From contig BCKZ01000001.1 in the NCBI GenBank assembly GCA_001600815.1, positions 1,832,804 to 1,896,803 on the forward strand: a stretch of DNA of 64,000 nt, in the 5' to 3' direction. The position numbers and the translations under genes are program-made. Every line of letters starts with the position of its first letter. Position 1 is the first letter of the stretch. The notes under the pieces are model-generated. The model was not told where the DNA came from and searched no databases. It worked only from the letters and a program-made list of their open reading frames with translations. The DNA is from Alloascoidea hylecoeti. Its lineage: Eukaryota. Below are positions 46,660 through 58,774 of the stretch, in pieces.

Positions 46660-48156
46660 TTACTTTCTAGCTATTGCAGCGATATATTGCTGAGACTGAT
46701 AGACTTTAATTCCCAATTCCTCTGCCCATTCCCAAACTAAACCAGGATTCTTTAAAAATTGTCTACCTACAAAAATCAAATCAATACCTGTTTTTTCCAA
46801 AATATCATTTGCAAAGTTAGCACCAATTACTTTCCCGACAGTAGAAACTAAAGTTTTATCACCTACTTCTTTTTTAATCTCTTTTGAGAATTCAGAATGA
46901 AATCCAAGAACTCCAGCTGCATGCTTTTGTTCAATATGATTTGCACCTGATGAAACATCAATTAAATCAACTAGATTCATATCAGATAGTAATTTAGATA
47001 ATCTTTTTGCCTCTGGTAATGACCATGATTCGGGGTATGTTACACGATCATATTCCAAATAGTCTGTGGCGTTTATCCTGATGAAAATAGGCATCGTAAG
47101 AGGGATCACTTTTTTTATTTCTCTCAAGATATCCACAACAATTCTAGATCTGTTTTCAAAAGATCCCCCATATTCATCTGTTCTAGTGTTAGAAACAGGG
47201 GATAAAAATTGGGATAATAAATACCCATGACCAGCATGAACTTCAATAACATCAATACCAATATCAATAGCTCTTTTGCAACTATCAACATAAGCTTGCA
47301 CTAAACTTTTAATCTCCTCAGTAGTCAACTCTTTGGGAGTATAATATGAGTCCATATATGGAATGGAAGAAGGTGCTTTGACATTATCGGGCCAACCACC
47401 AGCTTCTTCTGTTGAGATTTCAAAAAGATTTAAAAATTGAGCGACAGCGCTTGATTTTCTACCAGCATGGGATAATTGTATCCCTACCAATTCACCCTGA
47501 CTATGTAGTAAATCTACTATCTTCTTCAACTCAGTAGCCTGTGTATCGTTCCAAAGACCAAGATCTTCCGGAGAGAATCTCCCATTGGGAACAACGGCAG
47601 TAGCTTCTATAAAAATAAGACCAGGACCACGGGTAGCAAATGCACCATAATGAGCAAGTAACCATGGAGTAGCAATGCCATTTTTAGTGGAAAACATACA
47701 CATTGGCGAAACCTTTAAATTTTGGTTTTCACATTCAAAATATTGTTAATATTAAGTGAAATTGTTAGTTTTTACCTTCTAAATCACCAGATCAATTTAA
47801 ACAAGAGAATATAGGGTATATTTACAGCAACTCGATTTTGTAGCTCTATCCCCTTGATTTTTAAGGGTGTAAACAGCTTGGGAATTGGTTTACCATTTGG
47901 TTGAGGAACAACAGCAGTTCCAGCTCTAATAGCTATAAGAATGTTAATGTGATTGTGAAGATATATCTACAATTGATATCGATATGATATTCTTACGTTG
48001 TAGTGGGGTAAAATAGGATACCTTTAAATTAGGGTCATATGAATTGTCATATGTATGTTAGACTTGGACATATATACAGTATACAACAGGAGTGATTTGT
48101 GATCTTACCGCTTTGGCCGGAAGGTTTTGAATAGGGTTGGTTGTGGGTTTGCGCAT
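46660..48156 (-). CDS. Old Yellow Enzyme (NADH:flavin oxidoreductase, YqjM-like), 4 exons (48156-48109, 48021-47997, 47932-47826, 47712-46660)
   Basis: Spliced N-terminus MRKPTTNPIQNLPAKA|VSYFTPLQP..KLFTPLKIKGIELQNRVA|VSPMCMFS. Motifs QLSHAGRK, EVHAGHGYLLSQFLSP, RTDEYGGSFENR, GRQFLKNP. Confidence 0.92.
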
Positions 48157-49386
48157 CGGATTTAATCCTGTAACACAATTAATATGCAGGCTATCCATTT
48201 AAATACAAAATAAGTTTCATCCAAAGTACCTCCGGACATCTACTTACATAATCACAAGTTATTTAGGAAAATACTTTCTAATTACCCCGGTACTGTGGGG
48301 ACGAATCGGTACAGTTACAAGAAAAATTCACATCCAAAACAAATAGTTCCGTGAAGTTTTACATTAGTAGTAAAGTCAGTCAAAAGCTATAATTCTATTA
48401 TAAAAAATGGTATTAACCCTTTGACACATGTAAGATCTTCTGCTGTCTATAGCTATGTAATTACAATTATTATGGATTCAAGAAAGTGAAAATTATTCGT
48501 AAGTTTACAGCCGCCATATGAATCAATTTTTGGAGTTTTAGCTAGAAGAACCCTAGGCTAACAGGAATACACGGAGGTATCGGGAATTTGAATTGAAACA
48601 ATCTTAACTATAACGATGAATGTATAAGAATATATCCGCTTAGTTTGTTTGATTTATATTCTGATCTGATCTGATAGATTTGGAAGAGATGGATAAACTT
48701 ATAAATATAATAATTATAGTCATAGAACTGTGCCATAATACATGACCACTAATTTCAAACTATATTGTAATAATTATTAATATTAATACCGTGATGCTAC
48801 GTGAATAGGGGCTCCCAAAAAACATTACATCTCGGATCACAGAACAATAGATACTTCACCAAACCATTCTAAATAAGAGCACTGAGAATACAATCTTACA
48901 CTTCTTGAGAAATTAGAATTATTATAGAGCATTAGAATCCAATCCCGTCATATGCCTAAAAAATAAGACTCGGAATATTTAAGGGTTTAAAAACATAGTA
49001 AGAAAAAGCAGATCTCGATGTCGTAAAAGACACAATCAATTATCAAATATATAAATTATAAATATAAGACCAAAAGACAATTACTAAGAAAAATAAGAAG
49101 AAAATTTGCGGTTTGTGGTTTAAAACTGAGTAGTGTAATCGTGTATGGTTTGAAATTTCTAAATTTTGAAACAATGGGCAATGCTGGTTTAATTAATTCC
49201 ATTTTAACCAAAAAGCCATTTTTTTTTTCGGTCATTCATCCATCATTAAATATATCGGGTTCTTTGTTTAGATATGTAAAAAAGAGGTACAAAAATGAAA
49301 GAAGTAACTCAATTGTTGGAGCTTCACGACATAAAATTTTGTATATTCAGCTTGTAGTTTTCTTTATTGATTCATGAGGGGCATGA

Positions 49387-49795
49387 TTATGAGAAATGAA
49401 CAGCAATAGGCACAATAATCACAATTAATAAAATAATGATCCCTAAAACAATGCACATTCTCATTTTCATATCTTTCCACCACATTTGTTTGCGGACACG
49501 ATTTGCTCCACGCTTGAAACCTTGGGCTGATTGGGCAAGATTGTCAGTTTGATCTTGAATAGCATCAAGTCGTTCACCACTAATTAGATAAAAATAAAAC
49601 AATAAGCACATTTAGATACAATTTTCTACCCGGGATCTTTTTTAAAATAGAACTAACTTACCGTTCAGCAACCTTATTGATATTCTCACGCATGATTCCA
49701 ACAGTATCATCAATCTGGGCCTGTATAGCGGCAGTCTTGGATGGAGGTTGGCCTCCTTGTGGGATGTATGGATCATATGGAGTGGCAGAAGACAT
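49387..49795 (-). CDS. SNC1: Synaptobrevin R-SNARE, canonical copy, 2 exons (49795-49662, 49579-49387)
   Basis: [68 protein letters not shown] plus TM anchor. Intron GTAAGT..CTAATTAG. Confidence 0.95.
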
Positions 49796-51181
49796 TTTTA
49801 TATATTTTGATTTTGTGTTTTCGGATAGGTGAAGAAAAGAAATACAAAGCAGAATTGGAAGAGGTAGGCTATTGTGTGTATGGAGGTTATAAAAAGCTTA
49901 AATATCTAAAATCAAGGCAATTGGTGAGAAATCTATAAGCTTATATTATCAGAGAACATGTGAGGAATTTCAAAAACATGTTAAACAATATTTCGAAATT
50001 TGGGCTTCAAAAACGGACTTGAATGGTTATGTTCATATATCACGATGGCATGGAGATCAAGAAGTAGATATTGGTATAGGACATAATCGTCGGACGAAAA
50101 TTCTACTATTGTTTTTCATTTGTATTATCAATTATATATAATTCACGAGGTTCATGGAATTCATCTACTCCGACTAAGCAATCTTTGCTCTATGAGCTCC
50201 AATTGGAAGTTTAATCTAGCTCACGACCAATAATGGAAGCAATGCCTGGATTTCGGGCTATGAAGTATGAGTTCCGCAAGGAGGTTAAATTTATTGAAAT
50301 TGTTGACGTCACTTGATCATTTTGCTCATATAAACATTGTGATCTTTAACATTAATAGCTGATCATGGTATCGGTTGAATAGTAGCGTCTTAAAATTCTA
50401 TTATATATTTGTGGCTTGAGATGAAACAGGAAAGATGGAGCAATTCGGTATATGTCCGAGTACTACCATCAGATAAAGGTACATGTATTCCTGGTCAGTT
50501 TAGGCAACTGGATCAAAATATTTCACTATTCTGAGAACCAATTATTTAATATTATCGGTATACATTCATAATCATATTGGAATCGGAGCTAAATATGCAG
50601 TAAAAATTTGAATAAGTGATCGGGATTTTAACTATTAGTATTTTTCGACATCGATGAGAATCGGAAATCTGCCCCACATTAAAGTACCTTTTTTTTCTCT
50701 TCACATATATACTTCTACTCACTATCTTTGGATGAGTAAAGATGGTGGTCCTTGATATTATTTAAATTTGTCTGTGATATTGATCGTTAGGTGTTTTGTG
50801 TTTGTAGAATTACCGAAAGTTAGAAGGTTATATCTAGGATCTAGGGCCTTCTAGTTGAAGCCCTGCTTTTCGACGAGGGTTAGATCTATCCTGATCAACC
50901 ACTCGACTATGAGCCCCAAGTTTTTTACTGCATATACCGGTAAATATCTTTGGAGATTCTCCACAGGTTGGTATCAGCCGATTGGTATAAGAATATATTA
51001 ATGTGTGGGTATTTATAAGCTTTTGGCGCCAGCTGAAATTCTATAGGTGTAGGCAAATGGAATTGTAAGTATACATTAATGAGTTGCAAGTTTACATTCT
51101 ACTATTTATCGTATATTATGAATCATTGATGATAATTAGACATGCGATTAGCTCGGACTCGGGCATTTTTGGAGTCAAGGG

Positions 51182-51385
51182 CCGATACCAGCCCGATACC
51201 AGAGCCAGAAAATATGACCCGATACCGATACTACCAAACACCTCTCAATTCGTAGCGTGACCATAACATGGTCTTCACTTTTAATAAGTAGGTTACCCTA
51301 TCTTATTACACAATCAAATGGAAATCCAGACAGACCGATACCAACCCGATACCAGGCATCATCAAAATATTTACATCCCGATCCC
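51182..51385. repeat. Cluster of CCGATACC repeats in two ~50-bp modules
   Basis: CCGATACC at 51182, 51193, 51219, 51335 and 51346; variants at 51225 and 51378. Confidence 0.85.
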
Positions 51386-53667
51386 ATGTGTAATGATTAT
51401 AATTATATACTAAAATGAAATGGATACCGGAGAATATGGATATAAAGCTTACGTGCATAATGCATCAATATAATGAGTAATTTCCTTACTTAAGTAGTTT
51501 CTAGTTGGAAGTCTTAATTGGAAATTTTATAAAAGGTTTAAAAGAAAAAGTTATATGTACAAGCTTATACTATGACTGTATGACATTACAAACAGCAACA
51601 AGCTTAAGCAACAACTGGCGCCAGGCATTTTACTCCATGATTGTTAAATAAAAAAAACTGTTATCCCCGGATATTATAAATAACTAATTAATCTTTTTCC
51701 ATATTTCTGATGTTAACACAATTTGCTTTAAAAAGTTTTCCGTTGTTTGATTTTATTTTATTGGATCTGATTAAAACGTTAACTACATACAACATAAATC
51801 TTTTCACAAGGAAATTATATTCTCAAATAAAGTTTATCAAGAAGTTTACGGTTATGTCCGAATGTTGCAACTTGATTCCATTCGTTTAAGACTTTTACTG
51901 ATCATACAATTCCAATCGCTATAACTATAATCTTCGTATCATCATAGTCTTCGTATAATCATAGGCTTCACTAACTGCGCCTAGAAATACAATTGCTGCC
52001 AATATACATCAGGATAATTGTAACTAGTATACTACAATCAAATATATCTTGGTCTAAGATCATACGCATACGCATAAATCAAGCAAAAAAGAAAGTAATA
52101 TTAGCTATAATAAAACAAACATAGCTATGTAAAGATAGACTTATATTCCACAGTAAATTTTAATTTAGTTATTTCCCATAATAATGATACCTTCCATGGA
52201 CACTAAGATTTCTCTTGATAATTTTAACCAGATCAAATTTCATAACCATAATTATAGTCTATTTGTGGGTACAGCAAGTACAAGTACAACCAGAAGCACA
52301 AGTACAGGCCTTTGGGCTAACGCAAGAACACTTTGACATTTTAAAGGTAAAGTTTAATTAGAGAGTAATGCAATAATTTGTTTTGTATTTGATATGTTGA
52401 GATCGATGTAGTCAGGTCCAATAATTGATTTATAAAGACTGAACACTGAAAAACAATTAGAAATGATGGAGAATATCGCGGAATCAAGCTTGAATTTATA
52501 GTCACCAAACCGGAGATACATATAAAATATATAAGCTCTAGATCTAATAGATCATCATGATCATGATATCCATTATTAATATGTGCGTACAAGTATATTT
52601 AATTCTATTTATTTATATTACATCATCTTTACAGTACATAAACGAATAAATATTAATATTAATTAGAACCAGTTAATAACTTCATACCTAATTAACATCG
52701 ATGGATATAGGTAATAGCCTAATAGCTGTATAGAGCTCGGGTATGTATTCAAAAATATAATTTTTTAATTGATGAAGTTAAACAACAATCTTGATTATCT
52801 ATCGCTTGAAGTGTTTTTATTCAATTTCCATCTAACAATCGTTATAGCTATAGTACAGGACACTCAAAATGAACAACTTTTTCTTCCGCAAAATTTCAGT
52901 CTCGTCTGCAGACAATATGCATTAAACTATACATGTTACGCCATGAGGAAATATCGTAACATACATATAAATACAATCATCTAGATATTACTGTTTTGGA
53001 CATGATGCGTGTAATTATATGCAAGTATGATCCTATTTCTTAACTATTTGTATGGCTGTAAATTCTGGAGGCCCACAGTTAAGAAAAAGGGAAAAATAGT
53101 TTGACAGAGAAGAACAGTTAATTTGAAACGACAAGATCTAGATTTGCCTTTCATTCACCTTTTCCGTTTTCAATACTAAGTTACATTTTCCGCGAAAAAA
53201 TCGAAAATATTTTGCTCATTTTAAGCATAAGCCATGCATTATTTATAATTACATAATGCATATCCCAATAAAATTATAACAGTGAATTTAAATTTATAAT
53301 ATTAATAAGTTATACAGTTTTTCCACTCGACCTCTGAATTCGCCATTTTTCTGAAAGGATTTCGACACTCCGTAATACGAGGGTTACAATTGGGTTACAT
53401 AGTAAGTTCCTCTATCTACAGCAGAGAAAAACTGGACATGTAGTCTACAAAGAGAATACGAACATATATCCGATGCATAGAACCGAACAAATTATTGCCA
53501 CAAATCACGGCTATCTGAGAAGCTGTGCAGGTGGCACAGGTGGGGCTGTTTCTATTAATTATAATATTGTTACAGTTATTTAGAATTGATCGGTGATTCA
53601 GTATGAAGTTTTTTATGAACATGATCGATGGGATGCTTCTGAGAAAGTTCAAATTTTAAGTTTATAA

Positions 53668-53668
53668 A

Positions 53669-53698
<30 letters not shown>
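53668..53698. repeat. (ATAC)n microsatellite
   Basis: Directly visible tandem ATAC units. Confidence 0.9.
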
Positions 53699-53699
<1 letters not shown>

Positions 53700-54456
53700 G
53701 TAGTTTTGAGGGTTTAAGAACTCGAGGAATATAATTATTTGACAATTGGGTCCTATTTATTTAATTATTAATAGTTGAGGCATACCGGTATGATATATAC
53801 TACATATAATATATTTATTCAATTCAGCGATTCTCCATAAAGAGGAACCTATTAATATTTAATTTGATGATATAGTATAATGTTATTTTGTTTGCCCAGC
53901 ACTGCAGATCTAGATAAAATGACAGATATACTTAAGCTCCAGTTAAATTAAATCCCATTTCGTTTGAAGCTGGAGTTGGTCACTAATACTCACTATAGTA
54001 ATAAATAATATCTATCACAGTTGAAACAAATTGTGAGCATTAGAGAAAGAATGTCATATGCGTATACGCGTACAGCGAAATCATCAAGATCTTTATTAAC
54101 CGGATAAACAGTCGATGGACGGCACTAGCTATGTATAAGTATATTATTAAAGTGGCGTTGTTAACATTAACTAAAAGGTGCTTGTCCTATAAATTAATTA
54201 AGTGTACCCAGTGCTACCCACAGTCCCATACTAGTACTGCAATTGATTGGCCAACATTACAATTCCAAGAATAGGTTATAGGTAGTGCCATGAGCCAGAT
54301 GCTGCATTTTGAAAAACATACAATTTATAAAAATAAAATCTCGATTAAAGGGCCAATTCTCAAGGAAATATTACTAAACAAAATAAACACCTTTCCTATC
54401 TAACCTGTCTAAATAGTAAATATGCAAGTCTTATAAGTATCACTGGAAAGTCGTCG

Positions 54457-55160
54457 ATAATTTGATATGCTTTCTGTTTGCTGCGACAACGAGTTTTCGT
54501 CACTTTGGAATGTATAATGCGATGAGTATGCGATGAGTCGGTCATCAGAAAGTGATTGATCTAGTGTATCTCATAACTCTGGCAATACTTCTAGAAGATG
54601 ACTCTTGAACACTACCTTTCATTGTAGCTAACTCTGGTTACTTGTTTCGTTTTGAGCTTATGCCACATGTTTTTTAAAGGAATTTAGGTCTAGATTGCTC
54701 GCTGTATGTGTGGCTTCATTACAAACCCGGTTTCAACATACAAGTATGGCCTGATCCAAATAAACGAGATATCGTAAATATTGATAATTGCATTAAAAGA
54801 TATTAAAGAAAAAAGGGCCTAAATCTAATTAATTATAAAACAGTTTTGTAAATGTTTTTTTCATTGTCTTGTTATTTTATGAACCTAAATAGAGAAATTC
54901 TATTTGAGACACTCTGTAGTCTGTTTGGTCATTTATATTTCGAATGGTTAAAAATGGTTTCAAGGGATATTTTCGAATGAAGTTATCAAGAAGTTTACGC
55001 ATTTCTGAATTAAAGGAAGTTGGGGTATAACATTGGGCTACTCAAGTGATAGTTGTTGATTGTAATTATAATCCGTCACCGACTTAATATTTCTCACCAC
55101 GTCCAGAGATTAGATACTGTACTCGTTATCAAATAATATGCAGACAAATCCAATATTTTC
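54457..55160 (-). mobile_element. Highly degenerate Tc1/IS630-type transposase relic
   Basis: Ordered fragments broken by stops and frameshifts: NWKILD..HII*..E (WSDE region), QDN, DLN../NMWHKLK (SPDLNPIENxW), LPEL*DTLDQ and KLVVAANRKHIK (Tc1 C-terminus). Confidence 0.6.
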
Positions 55161-56375
55161 CAATTGTAGCATTAAAAATATTAGTTTGGTAAGTCGTGAC
55201 ATACCATCATCTATTTGCTTTGCAAGAAAATATCTCGATATTATAAATCAGATCATTGGCGATCTTCTTATCTATTTGAAATTTTATTAATGCTGAAATT
55301 TGGATGAATAGTGCGACACTGTGGAAAACTTCTCTTGAGTTGGTGACGTAAGTTTTCTGATTTTATATTCTCCTTATTTGATATCATCCAATCAGTTTAA
55401 ATATGTGATAAAGAAAATCACGCTTCTTTTGCCAAAATAAAAGGTTTATCCTCTCCACTATACATGTCTATGTTTATCTTCAAATAAGGGCTAACTAGAA
55501 CTAAGCGCCGTGATGATTTTGTGTTTTGCAACAAAATTACAGCTATTTGTTGGAATTCATATATAGCGCTAACTTCTCCAGATTATTTCCGAAGGATTCA
55601 AAGTATCCTTTTCAATGATAGAAAGAAGCTCAAATTTGAGAGTAATTATCAAGAATGTTATTTTTACCTTCTCAAATTGAATCTCAATAGGCTTTACGTT
55701 TTTATCGAGTCGTACCGGTACAGGCTTATGTATCAATCCCTCATCTTTCATTTCACGTCCTTTATTAGTAGTCACCATAAACTTCATAGAAAATTAAATA
55801 TATGCATATCACCAATAGAACTGCCAAAATCTAATTTTACCGTATTCCAGACCCTTCTCGTCACTTATGTATGTGTATTTTCGGCATTTTGAATGGGAAA
55901 CGTGTAAGCTTATAATTACAAGTTTTGCTCTTTTCTATGGTACGAATACCTTTATTAATTTACATATATCATATATAATGAACACGATGAAAAGGCATTG
56001 GAGTAATGTTGTACATAATGTACTTGTTTCCACTAAGACAAATTGCAACATATAACATTAAGGAAATGATAAAGGAGGCGAAATTCATTGCAATTGATAG
56101 ATATCGATAGGGCTGAAAGATGCATGCAGCTGCATTTGAGAAACCTCCACCTAAACAATTATCCAGGTCCCGTTAACGCCACAAGGAGTATTTATCTTAG
56201 TGAAAGCCCGCCATGGCAATGTATTTCATTGAAATTGTTAGTTCAGAAGATAATGAAAATATATAGAAACTTATATATATAAGCAATATATTTCCTCATT
56301 TCCACCTGTTCGATATCCGTCTACAAAAATCAATATTAGTTCATACGCGTATACTATCGATATATCATTATTACT

Positions 56376-56822
56376 ATGTCAAATCACAATATTGATCTTA
56401 CTACTAGAGCAGATGATACTAAAAGGGAATTATATAAGTATACACCAAATTTAGGTGCAAACTTATTTATGTTTTTACTTTTGTTATTTCTTCAGATTAT
56501 AAGACAAATATTTAGCTACAGAAAATACTCAAAACATGTCGATATAATTTCTAGGAGTGAGAATCAATCTAATAAATCCTTAGTTAATCTAGGAAATGAT
56601 GAGATAAATTCAAAAGGAATTAATGCAATACAACTGAAAAAAGTTTTTGAAAAATACGTCTGCTGTTTTATTCCCTTCCTTATTGAAAATCTTTGTGGGG
56701 CTATTGGGTATATTGGGAGAGTTGGTTCACATTCGGATAAGGAGAAAATTTCTTATTATATTATACAATCCATTCTTACATTAATTAGTTTTGCATTTAA
56801 ATTTGTAATCGCAAAAACATAA
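56376..56822 (+). pseudogene. Truncated RTA1/Rsb1-family lipid exporter
   Basis: LYKYTPNLGA..FIPFLI....AIGYIGRVGSH....YIIQSILTLI matches the N-terminal TM segments of the RTA1 family. Stops after 148 aa with no recognisable continuation. Confidence 0.7.
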
Positions 56823-57132
56823 GATTATCACGGAGTTGGCATGGTGAAATAAAAGTATTATTCAACATATCTAATCTTTGATGAACGAGAAGTGACATCA
56901 ACTATATAGCTAATTTTATAAGCAAAGAAAGTATTTTCTAATGAAATCAGCAATCAGTACATCATATTGTATATTTCTAGTTATATAATAATATTTTTTA
57001 ATATAAATCATATTTAAAGTACAAAGTTCAATAAAAAAGATATTCAAACTTCATAACTTAATTCAATGTTTGTACCAACGGGTAGCTATAATTTAACATG
57101 TAGTATACTTTACAAATTCAACGAGACCATAA

Positions 57133-57543
57133 TCATGAGAAATGCACAGCAATAGGCACTATAATCACAATTAATAGGATAATGATCCCTAAAATAATGC
57201 ACAATCTCATTTTCATATCTTTCCACCACATTCTTCTTCGAACAATACGTGCTCTACCTCTGAAACCTCGGGCAGATTGGGCCAGATTAGCAGTTTGATC
57301 ATCAATAGCATCAAGTCGTTCACGACTAATTAGATAAAAATAAAAATAAAATAATTAGTACCTTCAGATTCAAGTTTCTATTTGGCATCCTATTTAAAAT
57401 AGAACTTACTTTTGGGCAACTTTATCAATATTCCCACGCATGATATCAACAGTATCATCGAGCTGGGCTTGTATAGCTGCGGTCTTATAAGAAGATAATC
57501 CTTCTTGTGGGTCATATGGGTCATATGGAGTAGCAGATGGCAT
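57133..57543 (-). CDS. Second, diverged synaptobrevin paralog, 2 exons (57543-57410, 57325-57133); absent from the ORF track
   Basis: Intact 108-aa spliced ORF with the same exon lengths (134/193 nt) and intron phase as the 49387-49795 copy: [69 protein letters not shown] plus TM. Confidence 0.88.
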
Positions 57544-57741
57544 TATCCAAAATATTTTGTTTCAAATGTAAATAAAAAGGAGGACAAGTCCAAAACTCCA
57601 ATTTGGATCATGAAGCGCTGTTCATCAAAATCCAGTTAAACCTTGTTATTTAGAGGACCTGCATAATCATAGGTGTTTGGAGGTTAGTAGGGGTAGAAAA
57701 AAAAATATAGATTTGCTAGACAGAGCATAAAGAGAATAGGA

Positions 57742-58092
57742 ATGAACCGATTATTTTTCAAAAGAGCAATAAGTATGGCATCTCAAACACCAATCGAAGA
57801 TACAATCCGTCAAAGACTTATTGATACTTTTAAACCCTCAGTACTCACAATAACAAATGATTCCCATCTTCATGCACATCATGCTGGAATAAGAGGATCA
57901 ACCAATAAAACTGAATCACATTTTACAATTTATATTGTTAGTGAAAATTTTAAAGGAAAATTACAACCTGCTAGACATCGAGCAATATATTCATTATTGG
58001 ATGACAAATTAAAGATGGAAAATGGTATACATGCTTTATCATTAAAGACAAAAACACCTGAAGAAGTAGCAAGGACAATTGCGAAAGATTAA
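57742..58092 (+). CDS. BOL1: BolA-family mitochondrial protein
   Basis: NDSHLHAHH, ESHF.I.IVS..F.GK...RHRAIY.LL, GIHALSLKTKTPEE. Convergent with GCV3, as in S. cerevisiae. Confidence 0.9.
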   Translation: MNRLFFKRAISMASQTPIEDTIRQRLIDTFKPSVLTITNDSHLHAHHAGIRGSTNKTESHFTIYIVSENFKGKLQPARHRAIYSLLDDKLKMENGIHALSLKTKTPEEVARTIAKD

Positions 58093-58128
58093 TGAATATG
58101 AATATGAATATGAATATGAATATGAATA
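58092..58128. repeat. (ATGAAT)n hexanucleotide repeat in the shared BOL1/GCV3 terminator region
   Basis: About six tandem ATGAAT units. Confidence 0.9.
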
Positions 58129-58176
58129 CGATAATACAATTGTATATTTGGTTATATATATAGACATGTTATATAT

Positions 58177-58713
58177 TTATTCATCTTCCTTTAATAATTC
58201 CTCGTATTGTTCTTCAGATAGTAATTTTGAACCAGCATCTTCAACGGAAGTAGACAATTTGATTTGAGCTAACCAGCCGGCGCCCATTGGATCTTGATTA
58301 ATAATACTTGGCTTTTCAGCCAATTCAGTGTTAACAGCAACAATTTCACCTTCAACTGGACTATAGATTTCACTGGCGCTTTTAACACTTTCAACTCCAC
58401 CAATTGCATCGTTAAATTCCACAGTATCATTGACTTCAGGTAACTCAATGAAGGTTGCATCGCCAAGAGCATCGGCAGCATAAGCGGTGATCCCAACAAA
58501 AGAAGTTCCGTCAGGATGTATAGTGACCCATTCGTGATCAGTCGTGTATTTGGTGATCACTGGACCCTTGGAAAAAGTAAAGGGGAGAGCCGATTCAGTT
58601 ATTTTGTTTGAGATGGAGGAATTGAATCTGGCGGCCTGGTAGAGGCCAGCTCTTGCGATGGGAGCGAACCTAGGGATCTGGCCGACAGAACGGCGAAACA
58701 GCAGGGACATCAT
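58177..58713 (-). CDS. GCV3: Glycine cleavage system H protein
   Basis: KYTTDHEWV, VGITAYAADALGD, VESVKSASEIYSPV (lipoyl-Lys) and a mitochondrial presequence. Confidence 0.96.
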   Translation of the reverse strand: MMSLLFRRSVGQIPRFAPIARAGLYQAARFNSSISNKITESALPFTFSKGPVITKYTTDHEWVTIHPDGTSFVGITAYAADALGDATFIELPEVNDTVEFNDAIGGVESVKSASEIYSPVEGEIVAVNTELAEKPSIINQDPMGAGWLAQIKLSTSVEDAGSKLLSEEQYEELLKEDE

Positions 58714-58774
58714 ATTTGGTTCTCAACGATGGAAGTCAGGACATATTTATATTCATTTTTGTAGATATGGACGG

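Noticed and set aside
51215..51235. ACCCGATACCGATAC resembles RNase P RNA CR-V
   Set aside because: Part of the CCGATACC array; no complementary CR-I/P4 partner found upstream.
51182..51385. CRISPR-like interpretation of the repeats
   Set aside because: 8-bp units with irregular spacing, eukaryotic context and no cas genes.
53440..53525. MHRTEQIIATNHGYLR vaguely like a Tc1 C-terminus on the + strand
   Set aside because: Too short and degenerate, with no upstream DDE motifs recognisable.
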